Virus record (IMG/VR): IMGVR_UViG_3300049919_000118
Location: 1,262 to 65,261 of that record
Origin: a virus
Lineage: Duplodnaviria > Caudoviricetes
DNA length: 64,000 nucleotides
Direction: 5' to 3' (one strand)
The translations under genes and the position numbers were made by a program. Shown here piece by piece: positions 26,284 through 38,300 of the stretch. The notes beneath the pieces are model-generated. The model was not told where the DNA came from. It worked only from the letters and a program-made list of their open reading frames with translations, and did no database searches. Each line of letters starts with the position of its first letter. Position 1 is the first letter of the stretch.

Positions 26284-26803
26284 TGTCCTAGCTATCGACC
26301 TGTCATACAGGTCAACTGGATACTCTATGACAAAAATCGAAGATGAGAAAGCCAGCGTTGATAATTATGGATTGCTGAAAAACTCAGAGCTTGGACTTGT
26401 ATCTTTCGGCAATCTAAAAGAGGCATCACTAAAGATGCACATCACATGCTCTGAGATAATCAAGATGGCAAAGGGTTCCGACCTGACCATAGTGGAGGTT
26501 CCTGCATTCCCTCAAAGTGCAAAGTCAGCAATCCTGATTGGAATCATGTGGGGATGCGCTGCTAGGTTAATGGCCGAAGTGAATAATATTATTTTAATTG
26601 AGCCGTCAGCGCTCAAGTATTGGAGTAAGTCGGACAGTGGTGACGGTAAGTGTAAGGTGAAAGAGATTGTGCTCAATAGGGTTCCGCTAGGCAAGAGGTG
26701 GTCATCAAGCACAGATGTGGTCGATGCGATAGCAATAGGCTTGATGATGCACGACGAAATAAATAAAAGAGATGGGCAGCTAGAATTTAAAAATATATTA
26801 TGA
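26264..26803 (+). CDS. ruvC: RuvC-like Holliday junction resolvase
   Basis: VLAIDLSYRSTG, IVE and VDAIAIG motifs. Confidence 0.8.
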   Translation: MENGSVNVLAIDLSYRSTGYSMTKIEDEKASVDNYGLLKNSELGLVSFGNLKEASLKMHITCSEIIKMAKGSDLTIVEVPAFPQSAKSAILIGIMWGCAARLMAEVNNIILIEPSALKYWSKSDSGDGKCKVKEIVLNRVPLGKRWSSSTDVVDAIAIGLMMHDEINKRDGQLEFKNIL

Positions 26804-27351
26804 AATTACCAAAACCAATCGGAGACAGAGTTATACTTGGACCAAACGCAAGTAGATCAAGGGGAATCATTGAGGTTCCAGAAACATATAGAGATGGATC
26901 AACGTCTTGCCTAGTCCTTGAGAAGGGCAATCTCGTGTCTCCGCAAATTAAAATAGGAAGCGTTGTTCTGTGTGAAGCTGGGTTCGGAGACAGGAAGAAC
27001 CTGACCATAAACGGAACCACATCGTTCTGGGCCAGAGAGAATAACATATACGCGGTTATTGAAAACAGAAAGATCTACCCGATAGGGAGAAAGGTATTGA
27101 TCCGAAGAGATATTGAAGACACTCACATAGGTGGGATTCTCATACCGGCAAACAGAAGATTCCAATCGTTGTGCGGGTCCGTCGTAAGACTTGGCCTAAC
27201 GAGGAAGCCATTCAAAACGATTGGAATAAAAGTGAACTCGAGAGTCATGCTAACTGAGTGGCAGGCCCACTACGCAAACGTGGAGCTTGAAGACGGCGGT
27301 TATGGAGTAATAGTAAACGAAGAAGACATATTATACATTGAACAAGATTAA
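26800..27351 (+). CDS. Tandem two-domain GroES-like co-chaperonin
   Basis: KPIGDRVIL..IIEVP..; YPIGRKVLI..GGILIP..G.VV..VNEEDIL. Confidence 0.8.
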   Translation: MKLPKPIGDRVILGPNASRSRGIIEVPETYRDGSTSCLVLEKGNLVSPQIKIGSVVLCEAGFGDRKNLTINGTTSFWARENNIYAVIENRKIYPIGRKVLIRRDIEDTHIGGILIPANRRFQSLCGSVVRLGLTRKPFKTIGIKVNSRVMLTEWQAHYANVELEDGGYGVIVNEEDILYIEQD

Positions 27352-27353
27352 TT

Positions 27354-27641
27354 ATGATAACAATAAAATCAAAATGGAATAGAGATAACAGAAATGAAAT
27401 AGTGTCTGAGATCCTTGCGCACAATACAGAAATCAGAATAAAGATTAGTGGCAAGAAATTGATCTTAAGGGACAATAACGTTGATTACTATTCATGCGTT
27501 CCTCCCGGTGGCTCAATAGAGATACCAATATATGAAGGGTGCATGAGTGAAGATGACCTAGAAAAGATTGAAGAGGAAATCCTAATCAATCCAATATGTG
27601 AATGCGTAACACCCCAAGAGTGGGAATCACCAATAATCTAA
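27354..27641 (+). CDS. Hypothetical protein
   Basis: 95-aa ORF. Confidence 0.65.
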   Translation: MITIKSKWNRDNRNEIVSEILAHNTEIRIKISGKKLILRDNNVDYYSCVPPGGSIEIPIYEGCMSEDDLEKIEEEILINPICECVTPQEWESPII

Positions 27642-27653
27642 AAAAATAATATT

Positions 27654-27947
27654 ATGAAAAAAATAGATTCTGAAGCAGCGAAAGCTCTTATGTCTTTCGG
27701 TAAATACAAAAGAGACAACACAGAAGTCACATCTTCTGGCGTAGTGTCCCAAATGAAGCTATATGGAAATCTGATAGCTATCCATGATGATGGGAAGCTA
27801 TCAGTGTCACTAGCTGGATACAATACGGTGACGACAAAAAGCAGGCTAAACGGATTGCCGGGTGTAAGCATCTGTAATATAAAGGGCGATCCATACCTTA
27901 ACGGAATTAAAATTGAAACTGATAAGTTCTACCAAATACAATTATGA
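27654..27947 (+). CDS. Conserved phage protein
   Basis: LYGNLIA..GYNTVTTKSRLN motif. Confidence 0.75.
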   Translation: MKKIDSEAAKALMSFGKYKRDNTEVTSSGVVSQMKLYGNLIAIHDDGKLSVSLAGYNTVTTKSRLNGLPGVSICNIKGDPYLNGIKIETDKFYQIQL

Positions 27948-28303
27948 ACCAAGACGAATACGACTCACTAGAAAAGATGGAATCACTTGGGTTTGAGGGC
28001 GTTGACGCCTCTCTCGAAATATCATTGATGGAATATGGCCTGGCATGGAAAAAGCTGTATGATGGAGAATACATATTCGTGTATCAAGCAGACCGAGGCG
28101 ACGAATTCGATGCTATTATATTAAATAGCAAAGATGACCTCATCGAAAGCTGGATGGACCTTGATTTGATTTTATCTTTCACCGGATATAGCGAAGAAGA
28201 GTTCCTAAGTAGGCCGTATCCAAACAGAGTTCAAGATCTATATGTTTATTACGGACATGAGAATCTATTCGGGTGCCGACACGGCGAAGGCTTTATTCTT
28301 TGA
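27944..28303 (+). CDS. Conserved acidic phage protein
   Basis: GVDASLEISLMEYG..YYGHENLFG. Confidence 0.75.
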   Translation: MNQDEYDSLEKMESLGFEGVDASLEISLMEYGLAWKKLYDGEYIFVYQADRGDEFDAIILNSKDDLIESWMDLDLILSFTGYSEEEFLSRPYPNRVQDLYVYYGHENLFGCRHGEGFIL

Positions 28304-28427
28304 CTAACTAACGATGCCCGCGCATCATTGATAGTGATGCGCGGCATATACCTAGAAGTGGAAAACATGATCTTTATTATCATAGCAATAATATACATCT
28401 CATTTGACATAGTAAGAGCATACATAG

Positions 28428-28748
28428 ATGGAAAAAAATAAATCAGACCCAAAGCATTTTCACGCCTTAATAAAGCCGCAGCTGCAACTCATACCACCAG
28501 CTTTAAACGTAGAGACATCTAAGGCTTTATTACATGGAGCAAATAAATACGGCGCATGGAATTGGAGATCAAACGAAATAGAAATGATGACATACATTGG
28601 CGCAATGAAACGTCACATAGATGCAATCATTGATGGACAAGACATAGATCCCGATAGTGGGGTAAATCACCTTGGTCATATTGCCGCGACATGCGGAATC
28701 ATTCTAGACGCAGAAGAGCGCAGAACACTAATAGATGACAGGCCTTGA
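28428..28748 (+). CDS. dATP/dGTP diphosphohydrolase-domain protein (DUF5664-like)
   Basis: GANKYGAWNWR, AMKRH and DPDSGVNHLGH motifs. Confidence 0.85.
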   Translation: MEKNKSDPKHFHALIKPQLQLIPPALNVETSKALLHGANKYGAWNWRSNEIEMMTYIGAMKRHIDAIIDGQDIDPDSGVNHLGHIAATCGIILDAEERRTLIDDRP

Positions 28749-29086
28749 AAAAAGCACACAAAATATCACTCAAGCCGTATCCTGGGGAGCTATACTTCAC
28801 CAACACGAAAGAGCTTCTAATAAAAACACAGAAGAAAATATCAGGTGAAGACATGATTGTGGATGATGGTAATGATGGATTGTGCGTATCCCTTCAGTCA
28901 AGCGGGAGAGAAACAATATACATAGTCTATGCAAGCCATATCCAAGCGCTGGTTCATGAGATGGGCCACGTGGCTCTTAGGGTATTCCTTGAAATATCAA
29001 GCGACCCAAGAGCGGGTAATGGTGAGCCTTTCTGCTATCTCCTTGATGACATAACATACGAGGCAAGCAAGTTCCTTAATAAATAA
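28745..29086 (+). CDS. HExxH small metallopeptidase-like protein
   Basis: LVHEMGH..EPFCYL. Confidence 0.7.
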   Translation: MKKAHKISLKPYPGELYFTNTKELLIKTQKKISGEDMIVDDGNDGLCVSLQSSGRETIYIVYASHIQALVHEMGHVALRVFLEISSDPRAGNGEPFCYLLDDITYEASKFLNK

Positions 29087-29090
29087 TATT

Positions 29091-29261
29091 ATGCAAAACC
29101 ATATAATTGAATGTCCTGAATGTAAATTCCTAGTTAATAGGAATGAATTTGAATGCGTCCATTGCGGACACGTGATGAGAGAGTCTGCGACAGACTGGTA
29201 TCTAGTAATAGTCTTCATCTGCTCGCTATGTATCGTAGCGGCAGTTGTGATATTACTGTAA
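29091..29261 (+). CDS. Zn-ribbon + transmembrane small protein
   Basis: CPEC..CVHCG then a hydrophobic helix; 56 aa. Confidence 0.6.
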   Translation: MQNHIIECPECKFLVNRNEFECVHCGHVMRESATDWYLVIVFICSLCIVAAVVILL

Positions 29262-29265
29262 CCCG

Positions 29266-29302
29266 AAAGCCCGCTATCCAAATCTGGGTAGCGGGCTTTT
29301 TT
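29266..29302. terminator. Bidirectional intrinsic terminator at the convergence of the two arms
   Basis: aaagcccgctatcca-aatc-tgggtagcgggctttttt. Confidence 0.85.
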
Positions 29303-29304
29303 GT

Positions 29305-32300
29305 TTATCTATTTTTCTTCCGATCTTCAGAAAGCTTCTTCTGGTATGAGTCGTTCTCTTTCCAGAATTCATTCTGCACTTTGTCGAATGCCTTCATGGT
29401 CTTACTTATGTCGGCCTGCCCGAGTCCAGCGGCAGTCATGGCGATAGCGAGATCATTCCATGAATACTCAGAAACCCCCATTGCCCCACGGTTTGCCTCA
29501 GACAATCCGCGCCCAGCTATATCAGCAACAGCGCCGTAAGCTCCGCCCATCCCCATGCCGGAAGCATTGTCGTATGCAAATGGAATATAAACGGCTGAAG
29601 ATAAAATCTCCTTCTGCTGGACCAGACTTGCCGCCTTGCGGTAGTCACCAATCTCTTTTGCCTTTTTGATTTTAATATCAAGCCTTGTTGACTCAGCCTC
29701 AATTCCAGCCTTTGTCATCTCTCCCATCCATCCGTCAGGAACCATGAAGATCGCCTTCTGGACCAAGCCATTGTTAAATGCGATATTGAATGCGCCTGTT
29801 CCATCACGGATGATTTGCTTGAATAGCGAATCGGCTGATTGGGTATTGTTACGCATCTTAGATGTAACAGAGAAAACATTCTTAGCGTTTGCCAATTCAT
29901 GCTCCGCCCTAATGACAGCATTCCTATTTCCAGACTGCTGAGCTTCATACAGCCTAGCCTGCTTCTTGGCGATGTCGTCGTCGTCATACCCAAACATAGA
30001 CTGAATCAATCCGATGGTTGCGGTTGTGGCTAGACCGCCAAGATAAAATCTAGCAGAAGTGAATGTGATCTGCTGAGCCAAGATCGAAGCGATCAACCTA
30101 TACTCAGCCGCGATCTCTTCTTTTGGAGCACCCATAGCCTTCAGGTCTTTTGCGTTTCTGTATGACTGAGCAACCTGAGAAGCGAGCGATGCAGAGTGAG
30201 AGGCAAACGCGACCAGCATACTACGGATCACGGTTGTCGAAACTTCACGGTCTGAAAACAAGGCGCTACGAAGGGCTTTGTTTGACGTGTTAATAATCTT
30301 CTCCGACTCAAGAATCGCAGTCGTCATAAGCTCAGAGTCAATGTTGTCAAGATCGAGATTGTCAAGACTTCCAAAGTCACCCCTCTTCTCCTTCATCAAT
30401 CTGGCATACTCAGCAATAAGAGTTGCCTTTGCAGAGTAGTCGTCACCATGCCTCATTGAGAATGTCATGATGTCACCAGCCACCTCATAAACTTTCTTTG
30501 CGCCAGTCATCAACTTACTGTCAACCTTGCCAGAAGTATCAGGAACTCTGCCAGCAACCAATCCGTCAACCTCAAGGATGGACCTATCGGAAACCCAAGA
30601 GGCATTATCGGCAAGCCACTTGTCAAGCTTCGAGCTATTTGCAGTGTAGTATCTAAGGGCCGACAACCATCCTTTCACATCACCAGTTCTGGAAGCGTAG
30701 TCAACAAAGGCAGCGATCGGCTGAGTGACGATGTGGTGAATAGAACTAAGCTGCGGTTTTGCAACTGCGCTGGTAATGTGACGCAATGCTCCAACCAGAT
30801 CTCCGGCAGGTGGGTTCACAGAAATGGCATTGTTGATTAACTTAACGGCCATGCCCTCAATGAAATCAACTCTGTCTTGGTGGTGCTCTCCAAGCTCATC
30901 CAAAGAAATAATATTATTCAAATCAGATCCCTCCTTGAGTCTTTCGGAAAGGATCATCTTTTCAGCAGCGACGGCATGATCTACTGATAGCCTGCGAACT
31001 CCAGAGCTTAGTATTTCTTCGCTGTTGTATGAATACCTTTGGCTTCCAGTTAGGGCAACTTGCCTATCATCATAATGGCCAGCTCTATTGTTGAGATTCT
31101 TAACGCCCCTCTTTACATTGGTTGTGTTTATTTCCTCGTTAAGCCTGAATGGCATTTCAGCCTCATCCGACTTAGACGAGATGACCTGATTCGGGATATA
31201 CAAAACCTGCCCCTCAAACAGCTTCCCGTAAAACCCTTCAGAGATCATCTTGGACGTTGAAGTGAATCTTGAGAAAATCTCTTGCTGCTTCGCTAAGACC
31301 ATCTTGCGATTCCGACCTTCGACGGCACCGCCAGTTCCGCGCATTCTGTTGTCTAGCGTTGAAACAAAATGATCCATTGCGCCATCACCATACTCCTCAA
31401 TGTCCTTAACGGCATCCTCAAAGATTGGTGTGATAACTTCATTGAAGTATTGAGCGCCCTGCTTGGTCTTGGAATACTTGGCTGAGTTCGCTAGGGACAC
31501 GCGCTCCTTGTTAATGTTTACAAGAAGCTGCGCGTCGGCATTAGAGCCGTATTGATATTGAGTGAGGCGACCGAATATAGCCATTAAGATAACATCTTCA
31601 GATGTTGGATTGTCTCCAAGGATCTCTTTCCTGTATGCTAGATACTCAGTCTCATAAGCCTTAATCTGGTTGGTGGCAACTTTGATTACACCGTGATACA
31701 TTGGGCCTATCAGGTAATCCTGAACGAATGACCTCACGTCCTTAGATGCTGAGACCCTTTGAAGTTCAACTTGATGAAGCTCAGTCTTGCGGTTTGCCCA
31801 GTCAAGAACGGCAAGCATCTTGCCGCCTCTCCAGACTGGATCTCTAAATCTTTTAGCGAAACTCCTAACGTCTTGATCTTTGTTGCGCTGCTTCGCAATA
31901 TGATTGCTCGTAAGGGCAAAGTATCCAAATGAACCATCAAGGAGATTCCTCAAAGCGTATGAATGCTGATACAGCTCAAGCCCTTCCATCTTTGAAACGT
32001 CAGCCTTGGTTAGATAATTGAAATGCTCAACAAGGAAGTCTGCGTTCGCTTTAATGTAATCAACATTCCCTTCAGACGCGATCAACTCACTAAGATAATT
32101 CTTCGCGTCACCAAAGCGAGACTTAACTAATGATATGGTGTTTGGGTATTCATCTCTCCAATTCTCGCATTTCTTTTGAAGCTCCGCCTCTTTGTCAGCG
32201 GCCCTAGCGGCAATGTTCACAAAATTGTTTGCTCTCACGGAATCGTTGACAGCCTTCTCAATCGAAGCTCTGTCAGTCATATCTATTCCCAAGGAATTAA

Positions 32301-35300
32301 AGTCAATGATTCCATCATAAGCCGCAATGGTATCAGCAATGAATCTCGCATCCATCACTTCACGAATCTTCTTGATTAGCTTTATGACTTCAGTTGTATT
32401 ATTTCTGGACTGCGGAGTTACCACCGCGCTCTTCCTTGATTCGTAAACATTATCAATGAGCTGAGAGAACTTCTTTAAATTAGGCGATGACAATCTGGAC
32501 ACATCTGAAAGCTTCAGTGACGCCAAAGCCTTTGCAATCTGAGAAGTGTTCGAGTCGTGCTTATCATTGATGTTACCCTTGGCAATATCCCTAGCTCTGC
32601 TGTATGTAAGCTTCGCGCGCTTTGCCATCTTCTGCTTCTCAGTAAGAGCTGGCTCGCTGGCAAACGATGGGAGAAAACTAATATTATTTTCCATCTCTGT
32701 GAACCCTTTGAATAAAGCCTTGCCGGCTTCAGTCTCAGGAAGAATGTAGACATATCCACCATCCTTGAAGTGTGATAAAGACTCTTCAGAAACATCAATC
32801 CTTGATCCATGCTTTGCGCCAGAAATTAAATCAGCGCCATTAACCCTAATAAAATTTGACGATGGGTTGCCCGTCTTAATTACACCGAAGGATGCTGACT
32901 CAGCAAGCCTTGGGCTTCCATCCTTGTTGAAATAGTGGATTACGCCAGACGACTTATCAGCAATGGCAAATGGCATCCCATCATTATCGTGAGTGGATGT
33001 GATCCAATCAAGCATACTTGACGTTAAGGCGGATGGGGATGAATTTGATCGGAATGAATCTATACCTCCGCGAATAGAACTTGCAGCCACATCTAATGCG
33101 CTCCTTCTCGACTTAGCGTTTTGACTTGTCGGATCTTTACTTTCGACCATCCACCTATATGTCTTTTTGAGGATGGCTAAGATCCTGTCCCACACGCCTG
33201 TCTTTAGCTTTTCGTCAGATGCGCCATCTTCATTACCCATAAATACGGTTGATAGCTTATCACGGAATGTATCACTTGATCTTGACTCGGCTATGAACTC
33301 ATCAAGCGATGTAAACCCGTAGCTCTCCAAAAGCTCAACTCCGCTAAGTCGGCTTGCGGACACTCCAATTAGAGCGCTCCTCCCAAGAGAATTGGCTGAG
33401 TGAAGGTAAATGTCGATCAAGTTCTTTATGTAAGCGGGTGTCTTCACATCTTCCCTTGCTGCATTTATCTTATCCAAGTATGTCCCCGAATTCCTGCTTT
33501 TGACATGGGTGTAAACGTCATTGCTTGTTAATGCGTGAGCAATCTCATGAGTTAGTATATACGGATTCCTGCCACTCATGTGTATTACGTTTGACTCAGA
33601 ATCATGCAGACCAGCAAAGCCGTAAACTTTTTGATCTACGATCCTGAGTGATGCGCTTTTCTTTGAGATGTCATCAATCAGTTCTTTGAATTTGTCAGAA
33701 TATTCCGGGAATTCCTTAATCATTCCGTTGATGTAATCGCCATAAGTTATAGCTGCATCCTGACCTGCCTTCAGGGCTTTTGGCCCAGTATTCCCATTAT
33801 AAGTATCTATCGGCGGCAGGACGGCAGATTGATCCATGTCACCAACCGTGCTTGCGGTTTCCGATTTTTCGATTGGCTCAACATCGGAGATCAAATCCGA
33901 AATATAGTTAAGCGCGTTACGTCCATCGTAAGTCAGCGTGTTTACGTATTCTCTGAAGTGCTTGTTTGTTGCTAGCCTATTGATCAGCTCATCAATTTCA
34001 AGATCCCATATATTCCCAAGCCCATCAAATGCTTTGGGATCTATTGATTTATCCATCTGGCCAATCACAGTTCCAGACTTTGGATACATAGCATCATGAA
34101 TGAATGCTCTAAATTTAAAAATCTTATCCAAAAGCGGATCTTTCCTAACGCCTTCATTTAACGCTAAGATAGTAAGATTCCAACTTGCGGGATTCGCTGT
34201 TCCATCATCGACAGAAATCTGCCTAAGCCTCTCTATCAGATCTTTTGATGTCATGGAGTTCCCATCACCATCGCTGAATGAAGGGAGCTTTCTCATGCTG
34301 TCATCTATTTTGGTTTCAGAAACCTCATAATTTTGGGGATTACTTATCGGCTTTGATTCCGAATCAAAGTATGCAGACCTCTCAGCCGGAAGCACTACGC
34401 TTTCGCTGTATTCATGCTTTGCGTTAATGCGCTGATTGGATTGGTTAATCAATGGCGATGTGCTTATTATCGTTCCTGATAACAGCAATGAGTAATCGCT
34501 TATGATTTTCTTGAAATACTTTATCAATCCTTTAATTGAGGAAACGCCTGACGATATGTAATCAGCAAGCCTTTCAGAGAATTCCTTAGCTACTTCAGTT
34601 GACCACTTCTTGAATCCCATAAGCCTAGCCGCTGACTGACGCTCATTAACATCAAGCGAAGATTCAGCCATGACCATTGATGCCTGTTGAGCTGGCGAGA
34701 TGCCGGGAATCCTAGTTCCGGGGCTTGTGGTTAAAATAGTTGATCCAGCATTACTGTTGCTCAAATTGGATTGCTTGACAGCCGCCAATGCCTTGGCCAT
34801 GTCAGAGCTTTGATAAATAATATTATGCGCGGCTGACAAAGCTGCGTTGAGAGAGTTATTGCCCTTGCTTCTCATCACGTATTCTGGCGCAGCGATGGAC
34901 TGAATCCAATCGTATGTATCCGTGAATATCTTTACGATCTTATCCCACAAGGTAGATCCCTCATACGGTATCGACGATAGCTTGTCTTGGAACTCACCGT
35001 TTGACATGGCTTCAGCAAGGAACTCATCCAAGCTAGTGAATGAGTATTGCTCTATCGTCATGCGCCCATCGTAGGAACGGCCAATGAAGCCACTTGCCTT
35101 AAGATGGCCAGATGCATATTTATAAACCTTGATTAGGTCAACGATGTGAAGAGGCGTTCCAGGATCAGCTAATGCTGACTCAAGCTTTTTAGAATAGCTG
35201 GATTCGCGCCTACTTGTGACATACTTATATAAATCCTTTTGCGTCAAAGCGTGAGAAACTTCATGACCGATCACCCTAAGCGTCCTAGTATCAATGTGAA

Positions 35301-38300
35301 TCGTGTCGGTAAACATGTTGTATAAACCATCACACCCAACCAAGCCTTGATCCACAATTCTGAGAGATGGATTTTTTTCGATGATGTCGCGAATCATTCT
35401 ATCAATAGAGCTCTCTGAGCTTTTTGATGACCTAATGAAATCCTCAAGATACTGGGTGAATGACAATGATGCATCAGCGCCACGGGCAAGTGATGTCATA
35501 AAGCCCCCAGAATTCACGTCAACAATCGGAAGCGATGCTGCCTCAATAGTTGGCGTTACACTTGGGTCAAGGGTCGCCATCCCAACGTCAGCCAAAATAA
35601 GATCCGACGAAACAATCTCTTCTGCCGGAATAGATAATTCAGTCTCGTCATTGTTTAATTCCTTCTCAGCTATTTCAGCGTTATTGTTCGCGGTGATAAC
35701 CTCAGGACTGCTTGCCTGAACGCCATTACCCTGAACCTCAACATCCTCAATGCCATTAAGGTCAATATCAATAATCATAGCTGAGCCATCAGGAGATGAT
35801 TCACTTTGATTGGGTGATGACGACATGTTTACATACGCCAATGGCGGAGTGGTGCTGCCGCCAGTAACTTCAACATTTGTAGAGATGCTATCGTTTGTCG
35901 TGGCGTCAAGAACCTGCGCCGCTTGGTCAACGCTAATGGCGTATCCAACAGCCTCAATATAATCAATGGCATCGCTCTCAATTTGATCCAAAGATTCCTG
36001 GGTATCATCGTGCGCCTTTAGGGAATCGGAAAGAACATCAATAGATCTCGTTCTGTCAGCAACGGCTTGAAGATAATCATCCTTCAGCTCAGACTCGGAA
36101 ATAATATTATTTACCTCGGTGATGCCAAGAGATGAATTCAGATCCAAGATCAGAGACTGAAGCTCTATGTTCTCACTGATTAAGTCATTAAGGTATGGAA
36201 CCTCATCATTTGAGATTCCATCTTTAAGCAAAACATTAACAGCTCTAATGTTGTCGCTTATCAGCTTCTTAAAATTGATGATGGAAATGAGGCCATTGTA
36301 TCTCGCCTTACTCAACAATGCCGAAGCCTTTGCCTTAGAGTTGGCGATAGCTTCAGGCGCGCTGGATTCAATTTCAGATATACGGGCATTAGCTTTTGAC
36401 GAAGCCTCATCAGACTTAGCCTTCGCCTCCAAAGCTTTCTTTCTTTCAGTGTTCAGCCTTTTAGCTTCGACCTTGGAAGATTTACCGCCAGACTTGACTG
36501 CCTCCTTGGCATTCCTAAGCTCTTCCTTCTTTTTTTCAATCTCCGCTTTGTGGGATTCCGTAAGAATGCCAAGCCTCTCTTTTGCGTTAGACATCTCAGC
36601 CTCACGCTCTTGGCCGATCTTCGCCTTCTTTACCCTTGATACCTCCCCAGAGATTAGCTTCTGATACTTGTCGGCAATTACGTTTATCTCTTCATTGATT
36701 GGCAGAAGGGCTTCCCTTTGAGCCTTGTCAGCCTGATCCCTCCAAGCCTTGTATTCATCATCAAGTGATTTTGTGGTTATTGATGAATCAGGCTTTGTAT
36801 TTAAAGCCAAATCAATATCATCAATTATTTTCTGCTGGGCTTTCGATTCATCATCTGCAAGCAGAGATTCGCCCCTAAGCTTTTCAATGCCTGATTCCGG
36901 GTTAGCCTCCTCAGCGAGAGTATTAATTTTTGAGCCAACGTCAGAAACGATCCCCTTAGATTTCGCCTTCTGCTTATTGCCCTCAATCGTGGCTTCGTCC
37001 AGCTTCGCCTTGGCCTTGTCTAATACTTTCTGAGCTGACTCAGCGGCTTCTGGTGACGTTGCTTTTTGCAGATTTCTATTAGCGCGGATAACATCCCTGC
37101 GAATAGAGTTAATATTATCTTTCGCGTCGTATATGGCCGCGCTCTCAACTTTAGCTTGGAGCTTTTGGGCGTCATCAAGATTGGACTCATCTATGAGTCT
37201 TCGCTTTGCCTCGCTCTCAGCCTTTAGGCGCGCGACAGCATTGGCCGCCTCTATCTTCTTTTGCTCTTCAGAAGCATCTCTGGTAACTTTAGCCTTTTCC
37301 TTTTCGATGGAGTCAGCATCAGCTTGCGCCTGTGCATCCTTGGCTGCCTGAGCTGCCAAAGCTGCATCGCTAGCCTCTTTGATCTTAGCGTCTCTATTTG
37401 CACCTTCAGATTTCAGGAGACCAACAGACGCAATTCTAGCGTCTTTATATTTTCCAGCAGCGATCAAATCATATACAACATTCTGATTGATGGGATCTTG
37501 CATTGCCTCAGCATCCTTGGCTGATTCAGCAATGTTCATTTGAGACTTTGTTCCATACTTCGTCGTCTCGGTGACGGGAAGCATTGGGGCTTGAGCCGTC
37601 GTTCTGGTGGCGGCCTTGTTACCAACCGTGTCAGCGATCAATGGCGGTGCTGAAATTCCTCCACCAAGGATTCCGCCGATAGTGAAAGCCATCAATGCCT
37701 CCTTGTCAGTCTGCAAGAATTCCTTATTGTCGGTAGTGAGGAATGGCATTAAGCCAGCGTAGTAATCGCCGACAGCCTCAGTAGATCCCTCTATCAACGC
37801 TCCGCTAGCAAGCCTTGTGACTTGATTGCGTATCGAATTATTAGCCATTGCCTCAGCGACCATGGCCGCTCTGCCAGAAGCGGATGCCGCATCATAAGCG
37901 GCAGCACCAGCCTTGCTGAAAACCTTCCCGCCAAGCAGAAACTTATCAGCCACAGTATCAATCACCGCTGCTGGCATCGCGGACCATCCAGCCGCTGAAG
38001 CGGTCTCATCATCAAGCCCAGCATTAACAGCCTTTCTGTAAGCCTCGTTGTATCTCATCCCCGAGTTATGAGCTAGCGATGCAGTTAACCCAGCGCCAGC
38101 TGCTAATGCTCCAGATCCGCCAGCGAATGATGTTGCTCCAGCGGCAGCGGCCATAACGGTAGCCGCCGAAAGAATGCTCCCCGCCCCACCAGACAGTTGC
38201 GACATAAATGTCTCATCATATTCAGGATTCTCAGTAACGTATCTACGGACTTCATCAGCCGCATCCGGCATGTTGAGCCCGTCAAAAAATGTTGCACCAG

